DNA from: an uncultured bacterium
GTDB lineage: Bacteria; Patescibacteriota; Minisyncoccia; Phycocordibacterales; UBA918
Assembly: GCA_965652925.1 (NCBI GenBank)
Contig: CBFGXL010000002.1
Coordinates: 4,881-68,880, forward strand
DNA length: 64,000 bases
Direction: 5' to 3'
The position numbers were made by a program, and so were the translations under genes. Shown here piece by piece: positions 28,590 through 38,083 of the stretch. Below the pieces are notes generated by a model. It searched no databases, was not told the DNA's origin, and was given only the letters and a program-made list of their open reading frames with translations. Position 1 is the first letter of the stretch. Every line of letters begins with the position of its first letter.

Positions 28590-28928
28590 TCAATCCAGAA
28601 GTTTACTGGCAAAAGTACTTATGATGGTCACAATCAGTGAACCAAAAAAAGCGGGCCAAAAACCGGAGACTGCAAACCCATCAATAAATGATGCTGCGAA
28701 CCAGAAGAGTACCGCATTGATCACAAATAGGAATAACCCGAGTGTAAGTATGGTTATGGGGAGTGTAAGAATCACGAGCAGTGGCTTAACAAAAATATTA
28801 AGAAGCCCGAGTACGAGCGATGCGATGATTGCTATATATAAGTTTTCTACTTCAATACCCGGCACAACTTCCGCTACCAGAAGAAGTGCCAGAGCAGTTA
28901 CGATTAGTCGAGCAATAAGTTTAATCAT
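28590..28928 (-). CDS. 4-TMS phage-holin-superfamily membrane protein (YvlD-like)
   Basis: LGLLNIFVKPLLVILTLPITILTLGLFLFVINA; start at 28928 follows a -10 box. Confidence 0.88.
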   Translation of the reverse strand: MIKLIARLIVTALALLLVAEVVPGIEVENLYIAIIASLVLGLLNIFVKPLLVILTLPITILTLGLFLFVINAVLFWFAASFIDGFAVSGFWPAFFGSLIVTIISTFASKLLD

Positions 28929-28965
28929 AGTGAGCATGATACTCAATTTCCTAATCATTCGCTAG

Positions 28966-29005
28966 TTACAAAAAACCGCTCTAATGTGGGGGCGGTTTTT
29001 TGTAA
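28966..29005. terminator. Intrinsic terminator downstream of secA
   Basis: TTACAAAAAACCGC...GCGGTTTTTTGTAA inverted repeat with T tracts on both strands. Confidence 0.85.
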
Positions 29006-29016
29006 ACATCGTCGTG

Positions 29017-31527
29017 CTATTTTTTGATATACCACTCTCCTGTCTGGAGCAGAGACTCCGCTTTTTTATATTTTAATTCTTGTGTTTGAGTTCCATTGGT
29101 AATGACCACCGTATCATTTCTTCCATACTCTTGCTCACTCACGCGTGGAGTATTCCCTGCCTTTGGTTCACTCCCCCCTGCTCTTTGTGCCTGTACACGA
29201 GCTTTAGTGAGCTCCTCTTCTTCCCTTCTGAGTGCTTCCGGCTGCAACTGTGGAATGATTTCTGCGATCCTGTGAAGAAGTGCTTCCTGCATTTCCTTAT
29301 AGAGGCGCATGGCTTCCTTTCGGTATTCGATCAGCGGATCACGCTGACCGTATGCACGCAGATTCACACTTGAACGCGTAGCCTGCATGACTTCCAAGTG
29401 TTCCACCCATAAGATATCAATCATCTGGAGGCAGAGTCTTCGTATAAGTTCATCCCATTGGTCAGCAAACTCAGATTTCTTTTTTTCAATAGACTCTGCT
29501 GCTTCAGGAATAAGTTCTGTAAGTTCAGCCAAAATCGACTCTACTTCTTCTTTTGCTCCGAGCAACAGCTTGTGTCTACGTGCATAGACGACCTGACGCT
29601 GCTGATTAAGCACATTGTCATACGCAAGGACCTGTTTACGTGAGTCAAAGTGGAAACCTTCAATCCTTGATTGCGCCCCCTCAAGTTGTTTCGAAATTAG
29701 ACTGTTCTGTATGGGCTGATCTTCTGGGATGCCAAATGTTCCCATAAGACCACGTATACGATCGCCTCCGAATACTCGCATCAGTTGGTCCTCCATTGAG
29801 ACAAAAAATTGTGTCTCTCCTGGGTCACCCTGGCGCCCTGAACGGCCACGCAGCTGATTGTCGATACGTCGTGCCTCATGCCGTTCTGTACCCAATACAA
29901 ACAAGCCACCAAGCTCACGTATCTCCTCAGCCTCTTCTTCTGTTGCATGTGTTCCGCCAAGCTTGATGTCCACTCCACGCCCCGCCATGTTGGTTGCAAG
30001 CGTCACCCTTCCCTTCTTTCCAGCCTCAGCAATGATCTCTCCTTCACGCTCGTGATTTTTTGCGTTGAGCATCTCATGTTTCACCCCGGCTGAGGTAAGT
30101 GCTGAGGAAAGCATTTCATTTGTCTCAATGGAGGCCGTACCAATCAATACGGGTTGTCCACTCGCACTCACTTCCTTGACCTTGCGTATTACCGCCTCAT
30201 ACTTCCCTTTTGTGGTTTGGAAAATAAGATCATTCTGGTCGATACGGAGGCTTTTTTTGTTGGTTGGAACAGGGACAACCTCAAGTTTATAAACTGAGTA
30301 AAATTCCTCTTCAGAGGTAAGGGCTGTTCCTGTCATACCTGAGAGCTTCTCATACATACGGAAATAATTCTGGTATGTAATAGATGCATAGGTACGGGAT
30401 TCACGCTGGATAGCAACACCCTCCTTCGCTTCCATCGCTTGGTGGAGCCCATCGGACCATCGCCTGCCTGGCTGTAGTCGTCCTGTAAATTCATCGACAA
30501 TAACAACTTCGCCATCGCGAACCACATATTCTTTGTCTTTATGATAGAGCCCTTTTGCACGCACCGCTGTCTCAAGATGGTGCACGTATTTGATACCTCG
30601 GTCTGTGTAGATATTGTCTATCCCTAACATTTTCTCCGCCTCTTCGATTCCCGCATCAGTAAGCGTGGCACTTTTCAGTTTCTCATCAAGAGTAAAGTGT
30701 TCCCCTTCGTGGAGTTTGGTCGCTATACGCGCAAACACCTCATACAGATTTTCAGAATCCTGTGCCGGAGCAGAAATAATAAGCGGTGTACGAGCCTCAT
30801 CGATAAGGATAGAGTCGATCTCATCAACGATCGCATACGCATGACCTCGCTGTCGCAGACGAGGTGCTTCAAACTCAATATTGTCCCGGAGATAATCGAA
30901 GCCAAATTCACTGTTCGTACCATAGGTGATATCGGCAGCATAGGCTTCTTTGCGCGTACAGGGACGCAGGAACTCATAAAAGACCTTATACGAGCCTTCC
31001 GCATCACGCTCTGCATCAACCTCCTTATGTCCGGCATCATAGATATAGGAAGCATCATGGTTAATGACTCCAAGTGTGAGTCCCAGTCCGGCATAGATCT
31101 GCCCCATCCATACTGCATCGCGACGTGCAAGATAATCATTTACTGTCACTACATGTACACCCTTCCCTGTAAGCGCGTTGAGTGAAGCTGGAAGTGTACC
31201 AACAAGAGTCTTTCCTTCTCCGGTACGCATCTCTGTTATTTTTCCTTGATGCAGGAGAACGCCACCAATTAGCTGTACATCGTAATGGCGCAAACCAAGA
31301 GTACGCCGCGCAACTTCACGCGTGAGTGCGAACATGTTTGGCAAAATCTCTTCAAGAGAAGTTCCTCCGGAAACTTTCTGCCGCAGCTCCTCTACCGCAG
31401 CAACAATCTGTGACTCGGTGTATGGCTGATATGTGGCTTCCATTGCATTGATACGGTCTATCAACGGCTGCACTTCCTTAAGAGCCTTCTCATAGGTGGG
31501 CCCAAAAAAACGGTCTAAAAATGACAT
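29017..31527 (-). CDS. secA: Preprotein translocase ATPase SecA
   Basis: EMRTGEGKT, VTVNDYLA, DEIDSILIDEARTPLIIS, TNMAGRGVDI, DNQLRGRSGRQGDPG. Confidence 0.99.
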   Translation of the reverse strand: MSFLDRFFGPTYEKALKEVQPLIDRINAMEATYQPYTESQIVAAVEELRQKVSGGTSLEEILPNMFALTREVARRTLGLRHYDVQLIGGVLLHQGKITEMRTGEGKTLVGTLPASLNALTGKGVHVVTVNDYLARRDAVWMGQIYAGLGLTLGVINHDASYIYDAGHKEVDAERDAEGSYKVFYEFLRPCTRKEAYAADITYGTNSEFGFDYLRDNIEFEAPRLRQRGHAYAIVDEIDSILIDEARTPLIISAPAQDSENLYEVFARIATKLHEGEHFTLDEKLKSATLTDAGIEEAEKMLGIDNIYTDRGIKYVHHLETAVRAKGLYHKDKEYVVRDGEVVIVDEFTGRLQPGRRWSDGLHQAMEAKEGVAIQRESRTYASITYQNYFRMYEKLSGMTGTALTSEEEFYSVYKLEVVPVPTNKKSLRIDQNDLIFQTTKGKYEAVIRKVKEVSASGQPVLIGTASIETNEMLSSALTSAGVKHEMLNAKNHEREGEIIAEAGKKGRVTLATNMAGRGVDIKLGGTHATEEEAEEIRELGGLFVLGTERHEARRIDNQLRGRSGRQGDPGETQFFVSMEDQLMRVFGGDRIRGLMGTFGIPEDQPIQNSLISKQLEGAQSRIEGFHFDSRKQVLAYDNVLNQQRQVVYARRHKLLLGAKEEVESILAELTELIPEAAESIEKKKSEFADQWDELIRRLCLQMIDILWVEHLEVMQATRSSVNLRAYGQRDPLIEYRKEAMRLYKEMQEALLHRIAEIIPQLQPEALRREEEELTKARVQAQRAGGSEPKAGNTPRVSEQEYGRNDTVVITNGTQTQELKYKKAESLLQTGEWYIKK

Positions 31528-31568
31528 AATGGCCTAGCATATCACGAAACATCTCGCTTTAACACAAC

Positions 31569-31598
31569 GAAAAAACCGCCGTGGAGGGCGATTTTTTC
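31569..31598 (-). terminator. Probable terminator after the histone-like gene
   Basis: GAAAAAACCGCC-GTGGAG-GGCGATTTTTTC hairpin; U tract on the minus strand. Confidence 0.65.
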
Positions 31599-31619
31599 CT
31601 ATCATTACGAGTGCAATGA

Positions 31620-31781
31620 TTATTTGCGTCGCTTTGCTGTTTTCTTCGCAGCCTTGCGAACAGTCTTCTTTGCAGTCTTCTTAGCAGCCTTCTTTGCTGT
31701 CTTCTTTGCAGGTCGCTTTGCGGTCTTCTTAGCAGCCTTCTTTGGTGCTGCCTTACGCACTGCTTTCTTTTTTGCTGGCAT
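31620..31781 (-). CDS. 53-aa Lys/Ala-rich histone H1-like basic protein (absent from ORF track)
   Basis: Manual translation MPAKKKAVRKAAPKKAAKKTAKRPAKKTAKKAAKKTAKKTVRKAAKKTAKRRK*; flanked by promoter and terminator. Confidence 0.88.
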   Translation of the reverse strand: MPAKKKAVRKAAPKKAAKKTAKRPAKKTAKKAAKKTAKKTVRKAAKKTAKRRK

Positions 31782-31872
31782 GTTTTGTGATGAGAGTTAG
31801 TGAATAAAAATATTCGACCGCTGACTTCTCTTTTCAAAGAACAATTCGGGAAGAGAATGTCTGCTTACAAAT

Positions 31873-31901
31873 ATTATCGCGCTCTCTAATGTTAATGACA
31901 A
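31873..31901 (-). promoter_or_regulatory. Sigma70-like promoter for the histone-like gene
   Basis: TTGTCA-17 nt-GATAAT on the minus strand. Confidence 0.6.
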
Positions 31902-31921
31902 GAAAAAAGAGTGCATGCATT

Positions 31922-31930
31922 TGTGGATAA
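31922..31930 (-). promoter_or_regulatory. Consensus DnaA box
   Basis: TTATCCACA on the minus strand, 20 nt upstream of the -35 element. Confidence 0.5.
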
Positions 31931-31980
31931 GAAAAACAAAAAAATTTTCAAAAAAAATTTGTAAAAATTTTTTTGCAGGT

Positions 31981-33003
31981 TTATTTTAATTTCCTTACCT
32001 CCCATTCAACTGCAATGCCTGTTTCTGTTTTTATTTTTTCTGTGATTGAGTTCGCAAAGTTTTCTATCTCGTCTGCAGTTGCAGATTCATCTGCAACAAG
32101 AACAAGAGCCTGTTCTTTGTAAAGTGCAACATTTCCTGATGCATATCCCTTGAGCTTAAGCACCTTATCGAGAATCCACCCCAACGAAACTTTTGATTGC
32201 TGGTCGTTCACAGTAAATACAGGCAGTTCCGGATAACGCTGTTGCAGCAGTGCTGCAACATCTGAAGAAATGATTGGGTTCTTGAAGAATGAACCGGCTG
32301 TTCCCACCGTGTTCCAATCTGGGAATTTTCCTGCACGTATCTTCATGACTGCTTCACGAATTTCTTGTTGTGAAGGTTCTGGCACGTCTTCAAACCAAGT
32401 CGCAAGGTCTCGGTATGAAAGATGACGTCGCGGCGAAAGTGAGAGTGCGTAGATAACTTCAGTAATAATATACTTACTACCTTCGTGATGTTTAAATAGT
32501 GAGTCTCGATAAGCAAAAGAGCATGCGGCACCATCGAGTACCTGGAGTTCCTCATTCTCAATATTAAATACGCGCACACTATGCACTACGTCCTTTGCCT
32601 CAACGCCATATGCGCCAACATTCTGCACAGGTGTAGCCCCTACCGTACCAGGTATGTGCGACAGATTTTCAAGGCCCCACCACCCTTGCCCAACGGTATG
32701 GGCAATCACGGAGTCAAAGTCTTCTCCTGCAGCCACAGCGAGAAAAACCGTATCTCCCTCAATGCGTGACCTATAACCTTTCAACGCTATATGGATCACA
32801 AGACCACGCACCCCCTGTTCAGAGACTAAAACGTTTGAACCACCACCAAGGACGGTGACAGGCAGCATGTGCTCCTTAGCAAAAGCAACAGCTTCCATGA
32901 GTTCTGCGTCTTCACTCACCGATACAAAATACTCGGCTGCACCTCCAACCTTCAATGTGGTATAGGAAGAAAGCAGCGTATTCTTTTGAATATCAAGACT
33001 CAT
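31981..33003 (-). CDS. murB: UDP-N-acetylenolpyruvoylglucosamine reductase
   Basis: YTTLKVGG, LGGGSN, IPGTVGATPVQNVGAYG, YRDSLFK, TAGSFFKNP, EWEV. Confidence 0.97.
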   Translation of the reverse strand: MSLDIQKNTLLSSYTTLKVGGAAEYFVSVSEDAELMEAVAFAKEHMLPVTVLGGGSNVLVSEQGVRGLVIHIALKGYRSRIEGDTVFLAVAAGEDFDSVIAHTVGQGWWGLENLSHIPGTVGATPVQNVGAYGVEAKDVVHSVRVFNIENEELQVLDGAACSFAYRDSLFKHHEGSKYIITEVIYALSLSPRRHLSYRDLATWFEDVPEPSQQEIREAVMKIRAGKFPDWNTVGTAGSFFKNPIISSDVAALLQQRYPELPVFTVNDQQSKVSLGWILDKVLKLKGYASGNVALYKEQALVLVADESATADEIENFANSITEKIKTETGIAVEWEVRKLK

Positions 33004-33007
33004 TGTG

Positions 33008-35206
33008 CTACTGGCATCCTTCATCAGGACGCACTCCTTTCTTCAGATTTTCTATAAAGCACTGTGAACTCTCAGCGAATGTCGGTATCTCAGTCCCGCC
33101 CTTTTCAAGCACTTTAATCGCTTTTTGTGTCTCCCCAAGCTCATAGTAAATAAAAGCGAGGCTTGCACGGTGCTGTGCAACTTCCGGCTGAACCTTTATG
33201 CGTGTCTCAAACATCTCGGAGAGCAGCTGCCTATCTCCACTTTGATCTGTCATAGCCAATGCAAAGTCATTGAAAGCAAACCGTTCAAAATATTCTTCTC
33301 CGACAAGCGCACGTGCTTCTTCTACTCTATCTGCACGTACGAGGACGCCAGCATACAAAAGACGTGCCTGTACATTTGACTCATCGAGCTCAAATGCGGT
33401 CTTCAGAAATTCAAGAGCACCTTCGATGTTATTAAGTTGTAATTCAATGATTCCCTGTTCAGTGATGATCGCCTGCTTGTTGGGAGAAAGCTCGCGTGCT
33501 TTCGCTGCCTGTTCTTTCGCCTGCGGTATGGCACCGATTGATCTATAGAAGCTCGTGAGGAACGCGTGAAGCCGGGCATCATTTGGTTTCTCCTCTATTA
33601 ACCGCAACAGTTCAAGCTCTGCACGCTGCATAATAGCTTTCTTTTCTTCTTCTGTTGCATTTTGGCTGCGAACTACACCCATCGCCTGCTGCGCAAGCTG
33701 TTCGACGATCTCCTGATCTGCAAAAGAATGGCGTTCTATTGCGTTATGGAATGCTCGCAGACGTCCCTCTACATTCTGAGACCGCATCGCATCAATGATG
33801 TCGCCCGCTGCCGCGATACCCGGGTAGTTAACGAAATATACGACTGCACCGGAAGTTAGGATCAGGATCGGCGCAACGAACTGTCCGATCATTTGCCGAT
33901 TAAGTGTGAAGGATTGTATGGCCTTGATCGGAGTTGCTATGTGCGAGTGTATAAGCGCAAGGATACTGCCATAGAATATGTAGCTGATGATGTTATCAAA
34001 CACTACAAGGTTGTGGACCAGGTACCCAGCAAGAAGGCCAAGCAGCACGCCGCGCTCAAGCACATTGAATGTCGGGTCTTCATTCTTCTTCAGTATTGGT
34101 TGCAAGAAGAGGTAATGCAAAGCTGCGAAGAAGATCGAGAAGTATGCAAGAAGTCCGAGTACACCCCCGGCAATAAGCCAATCAAGGAATATGTTGTGCG
34201 TACGGTCAAACCACGCTTCTGCAGCATACAGTGACGGATCATACTGTTTGTTAAATACGTAATTGAAATTACTCTGTCCCCAGCCAAGCAGCGGACGCTC
34301 CTTCACCCCTTCAAGCGCCATGCCCCAGATAGTACCGCGGACTGTAAGGTCGCGGGAAAGTGATATGTCTGCGATACGCTTCAAAGCCGGCTGGCTTTGT
34401 ACAAATGAACTATCGCGGAGCAACCAGAAGCTTCCTGCAGCAAGCAGAATAATTGCGCATGCTCCGATGGCGATCTTCCTGAACTCAGGATACTTGCGTC
34501 CAAAGATCGCAACGTAAATAACAGTCACTGCTGAACCGCCAATAAGCGCGAGAAATGTACCGCGGGTACCGGTAAGAAGAAGCGTGTACGCAAGGATAAC
34601 AGCAACAAGTGCATACCCGATGCGATAGCTCAGAACTTTCGTCCGAACAAACAGCCAGAAGATAATGAAGATATTGAAGAGCATGTACACCGCCATGTAT
34701 GCTGCGTTCCCCAAGAGACTATCCACGCGAGTAGTACTGCCATTGCCCGCTGCGATGAAACCGTTGTACTGAGCGAGTCCGTACAGCGCTACACACAAAG
34801 CGACAACTGCAGATGTATGAAAGAAGTATGACCAAAGCTTTGTGGTAGTGAGTACGCTGCCGGCAACCAATACATAGAGGAACAAGTGAACGAGAGTCAC
34901 GTAACCGTCCATGCGTTCGAAATTGCTCCAGAAGCTTTGCATCGGACTTTCGCCGAGTGCATTAGCAACTGCCATTACACCCAGAAGCGCGGCGAAGCCA
35001 GCAATGATCCATGAAAACTTAGGTCGATACTTTGGCTCGTAGAGTGCAAGGAGTATCCAGGAGGCAAACACAACCTCAACGATAATACGGAATGCAAAGT
35101 TTTTTCCCGTGATGTACGGGAAGAAAAAATCGTTCTCTACATACAGCGGCAAAAACGGGACAAGAAAAAGGCCTACGAAGACCAGCCCCTGAAGAATATC
35201 TTTCAT
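33008..35206 (-). CDS. O-antigen ligase (Wzy_C) family membrane protein with C-terminal TPR-like repeats
   Basis: Many TMs; TGTRG, R..IW, RPLLGWG, DRTHNIFLD; helical TPR-like C-terminus. Confidence 0.88.
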   Translation of the reverse strand: MKDILQGLVFVGLFLVPFLPLYVENDFFFPYITGKNFAFRIIVEVVFASWILLALYEPKYRPKFSWIIAGFAALLGVMAVANALGESPMQSFWSNFERMDGYVTLVHLFLYVLVAGSVLTTTKLWSYFFHTSAVVALCVALYGLAQYNGFIAAGNGSTTRVDSLLGNAAYMAVYMLFNIFIIFWLFVRTKVLSYRIGYALVAVILAYTLLLTGTRGTFLALIGGSAVTVIYVAIFGRKYPEFRKIAIGACAIILLAAGSFWLLRDSSFVQSQPALKRIADISLSRDLTVRGTIWGMALEGVKERPLLGWGQSNFNYVFNKQYDPSLYAAEAWFDRTHNIFLDWLIAGGVLGLLAYFSIFFAALHYLFLQPILKKNEDPTFNVLERGVLLGLLAGYLVHNLVVFDNIISYIFYGSILALIHSHIATPIKAIQSFTLNRQMIGQFVAPILILTSGAVVYFVNYPGIAAAGDIIDAMRSQNVEGRLRAFHNAIERHSFADQEIVEQLAQQAMGVVRSQNATEEEKKAIMQRAELELLRLIEEKPNDARLHAFLTSFYRSIGAIPQAKEQAAKARELSPNKQAIITEQGIIELQLNNIEGALEFLKTAFELDESNVQARLLYAGVLVRADRVEEARALVGEEYFERFAFNDFALAMTDQSGDRQLLSEMFETRIKVQPEVAQHRASLAFIYYELGETQKAIKVLEKGGTEIPTFAESSQCFIENLKKGVRPDEGCQ

Positions 35207-35283
35207 ATGGCAAGCATAGTACCATAACGCTTCACTCGGCCGCACCCATGCTTTTCAGATTACGCACAGCAGGTTGGCCTGTG

Positions 35284-36012
35284 TCAATACCTCCCCTTCG
35301 ACAGCGATTCGAGCGAAACTGGTGCCGACACGCTTATAGAGACCGTACGAGTACAGGGACATTGGTCGTCACCAATCATTTCCGGCGATCCAAGTGGGTA
35401 CGTGATACCCCGATATTCACCGAGCTTCAAAAAGCGGATCGCATTCTGACCGTGTACCGGTTGCGTATAGATGGTATCTACAGCACCCGGACCACCAGCA
35501 TGATTGAGGAGTACGTGCGCCGATAGTCCTGTACTGCTGCTTGTGAGGTACTGTGCCGGTTCATTATTCCAATTACCGACTTCAATTGCCTGCTCAACTT
35601 TTTTATCCAACTCGAAAGACTGGCCCAATGTGGTACTGCTGACGTCTGTAAGGACGTAACTCACCGTATATTGGCAGGGTGTAACATCCTGTGCCGGCAC
35701 ATCCTCCCTAAAGACCGATGCAAATGGAAAGTTAGCAGACGAGGTACCTGTACTTACGTTCAGGTGCCACGGCAATGTCTCATTTCGCAAAGCGTCCCCA
35801 AACATACGCTCTGCCATGGCTTTCTCAACACTCCAATCCCTTGCATCGCATGGAGTTGCTGATGGGCTGTCATCAGTGGTGCGCTGCGATACGGGGACCT
35901 GGATTTGCGCCACTGGAGCATTCTCTGACCGCAGACTGGTAACTACTCCATATGAACCGAGCACCACGAGGCCGGCGACGATCACAGAACCGATTAGAAT
36001 TTTTTTGTTCAC
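35284..36012 (-). CDS. Hypothetical N-terminally anchored protein
   Basis: 242-aa ORF with N-terminal hydrophobic helix and four Cys; no family recognised. Confidence 0.6.
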   Translation of the reverse strand: MNKKILIGSVIVAGLVVLGSYGVVTSLRSENAPVAQIQVPVSQRTTDDSPSATPCDARDWSVEKAMAERMFGDALRNETLPWHLNVSTGTSSANFPFASVFREDVPAQDVTPCQYTVSYVLTDVSSTTLGQSFELDKKVEQAIEVGNWNNEPAQYLTSSSTGLSAHVLLNHAGGPGAVDTIYTQPVHGQNAIRFLKLGEYRGITYPLGSPEMIGDDQCPCTRTVSISVSAPVSLESLSKGRY

Positions 36013-36036
36013 GGTTGATGATTATATTACTGACCA

Positions 36037-38019
36037 CTACTCACGGAGGACCGCTGCTATCGCTGCACTCGTGGTGGCAAGATTATGAGTCTCAATCTTA
36101 TCTGCAATTTCATTTAATCGGGCTGCGACTTCAGGCTGGGACGTTTCTTTCTCTTGAGCAAGTGTTTGCAGACGCTCAACTGCACGGGAAGCAGAAGTAC
36201 GCTCCGGAACGCGAATAACGTACGTATCGATAGCACCATCTGTTGTATCTCCGGTCGTGTATTCTATCTGACTATCAGCAGACCCTCCTCCAGTATCAAC
36301 CGAAAGATGATACGGTCCATCACCCGTTCCTATGACCGAAAGCGTATACAGATCATCATCGGGAGCAGTGATGGTAAGTACCTTGGGTGACCCGTCAGCA
36401 TCTGTTGTTTGGCTTGTTGCTATCCCTGTTGCTTGAGCATAGCTGCTGCCGGGAATCTCCTCTACTATTGTCCCTGTCAATGGATCGTAACCTGTTTTTC
36501 TTCCCTGACTATCAGTCAGCAACAGCTCAGCCGGAGAACCGAGCTGTATCTCAACCCATCGCGGAAACGGACGCAGATTACTTGTATGGCTATACAGATT
36601 TGCCTGATCAATATCTCCACCGTAGTTTTGCACATGATTAGCAGTATCCATCAGATCGTTGGTAGTTTTGGTAAGGTACCAAAAAGGGTCATTGATAAAA
36701 TAATTTCCGCCATCAGCAAGTCCCGTGAGTAAGAAATAATGTCCCTTATCTTTCTCAAACGCGACTACGGGATTACCTTCAGAAACATACTTATCGGTAA
36801 GTGTCTTATCTGTGGTATTGAGCGCATCCAACTGTATAGTACTAAAACCCAGTTTCGAACTTAGGTACTGCAGACTGTAGAACCAGCGGACTGTATTCAA
36901 TTCTGTGTAGCCGTTGTTTGCTTTAAGCCATGCATTCATGTTCCCTGGATTGACCGCAGAACCATCAAAACCGGTATCAACGCCATATGCGAGACCCAGC
37001 ATACTCATAGAAGCAATCGCACACCCGCACCCGCCGATAGTATTTCCACACCAATCGGGAGTCCCGTCACCGTAGATATCATCAGCCCACTGCGAAGACT
37101 CAGGAGGATACGGCGATGCAATCTGAGTCATCAGAGGAACCGTGCCTTGTGAGGACGATGTCTCGATCTTTTCCTGCAAATCATTGCCGAGCTCTTGCAG
37201 TTCTTCCGCAGTTTCAGGAGAGACATCGCCCTGCTGTGCATCTTTAGTAACCTTCTTTAGAAATGCACCAATCTGATTGAGTGCAGCTTCCACTTTTTCC
37301 CCGTTGAAGAATTCCAAAAACTTCTTAATGTGCGCAAAATAAGAATTCTGCACGGCTTTCTTCTCTACCTCCCCCTCCACAATTCCTTCAATATCTTCTA
37401 CTAACTCTTCGGGTGTTGGATCAGGCACTTCATAGGTAACTACCAATTTTGGCCGAAGAGATGGATTGCCGAAATGGTCTGATGTCAAAAATCTTCTGAC
37501 GTGATTATTATTTGTATATCTTCCATCAATTTTTATTCCATAATTAGAATATCCTCCTGTAAACCAGTCTGATGTAATATCTGTTATATCGACACTCCAC
37601 CACCCAACTTCCGAAGGAGCAGGAATCCAACCCAATCCAGGATCAGAAGAATTAGGATTATTATTTTTAGTTATTCCCAATTCGGTCCATTCTTCTGTAA
37701 CTAAAAGTATTTTTGCCTCATTGTAATTCCCTCCCTGTTCCAAATCTTGAAATAAAAATAAATCAGCATCAGTTATTTCGGCATCAGTAGGAATTGTAGA
37801 TAAATCAAATTCAATGTAAGAGAAATATTCATCACTCCATCCTCCTATATGCATAAATTCAGAATCGGGACGTCCATCTTTATAATAAAAAGTACCATAG
37901 CTCGTATCCTTCCCATCTTCTGGCCCAGGTTGTATAACAACAGTTTCCGTTGCTGCCTCCACTATATTTAAACTAATACCAAAAAAGAACACTAGAAAAA
38001 GAACAAAAATATTTTTCAT
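36037..38019 (-). CDS. Secreted DNRLRE-like domain + C39-like cysteine peptidase protein
   Basis: Signal peptide; IQPGPEDGKD..RPKLVVTY (DNRLRE/CBM96-like); Q..W..CG..GCAIAS..HYFLLTG..INDP (C39-like); SPAELLLTD..G..TGYDP module. Confidence 0.7.
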   Translation of the reverse strand: MKNIFVLFLVFFFGISLNIVEAATETVVIQPGPEDGKDTSYGTFYYKDGRPDSEFMHIGGWSDEYFSYIEFDLSTIPTDAEITDADLFLFQDLEQGGNYNEAKILLVTEEWTELGITKNNNPNSSDPGLGWIPAPSEVGWWSVDITDITSDWFTGGYSNYGIKIDGRYTNNNHVRRFLTSDHFGNPSLRPKLVVTYEVPDPTPEELVEDIEGIVEGEVEKKAVQNSYFAHIKKFLEFFNGEKVEAALNQIGAFLKKVTKDAQQGDVSPETAEELQELGNDLQEKIETSSSQGTVPLMTQIASPYPPESSQWADDIYGDGTPDWCGNTIGGCGCAIASMSMLGLAYGVDTGFDGSAVNPGNMNAWLKANNGYTELNTVRWFYSLQYLSSKLGFSTIQLDALNTTDKTLTDKYVSEGNPVVAFEKDKGHYFLLTGLADGGNYFINDPFWYLTKTTNDLMDTANHVQNYGGDIDQANLYSHTSNLRPFPRWVEIQLGSPAELLLTDSQGRKTGYDPLTGTIVEEIPGSSYAQATGIATSQTTDADGSPKVLTITAPDDDLYTLSVIGTGDGPYHLSVDTGGGSADSQIEYTTGDTTDGAIDTYVIRVPERTSASRAVERLQTLAQEKETSQPEVAARLNEIADKIETHNLATTSAAIAAVLRE

Positions 38020-38083
38020 ATTTAGTATGTGATTGTTGACAAAGAATATATCTATAGCATAGCAAGCTCAGCTATATCTGTAA

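Noticed and set aside
14932-28928. Prophage (tail fibre, excisionase-like HTH, holin)
   Set aside because: No integrase, terminase, capsid or portal; the fibre has a signal peptide; gatB and obgE intervene; YvlD-like proteins are commonly chromosomal
31559-31837. 92-aa ORF in the track
   Set aside because: Off-frame shadow of the real Lys/Ala-rich 53-aa ORF at 31620-31781
31840-31980. Replication origin
   Set aside because: Only one perfect DnaA box in a short gap and no dnaA/dnaN nearby
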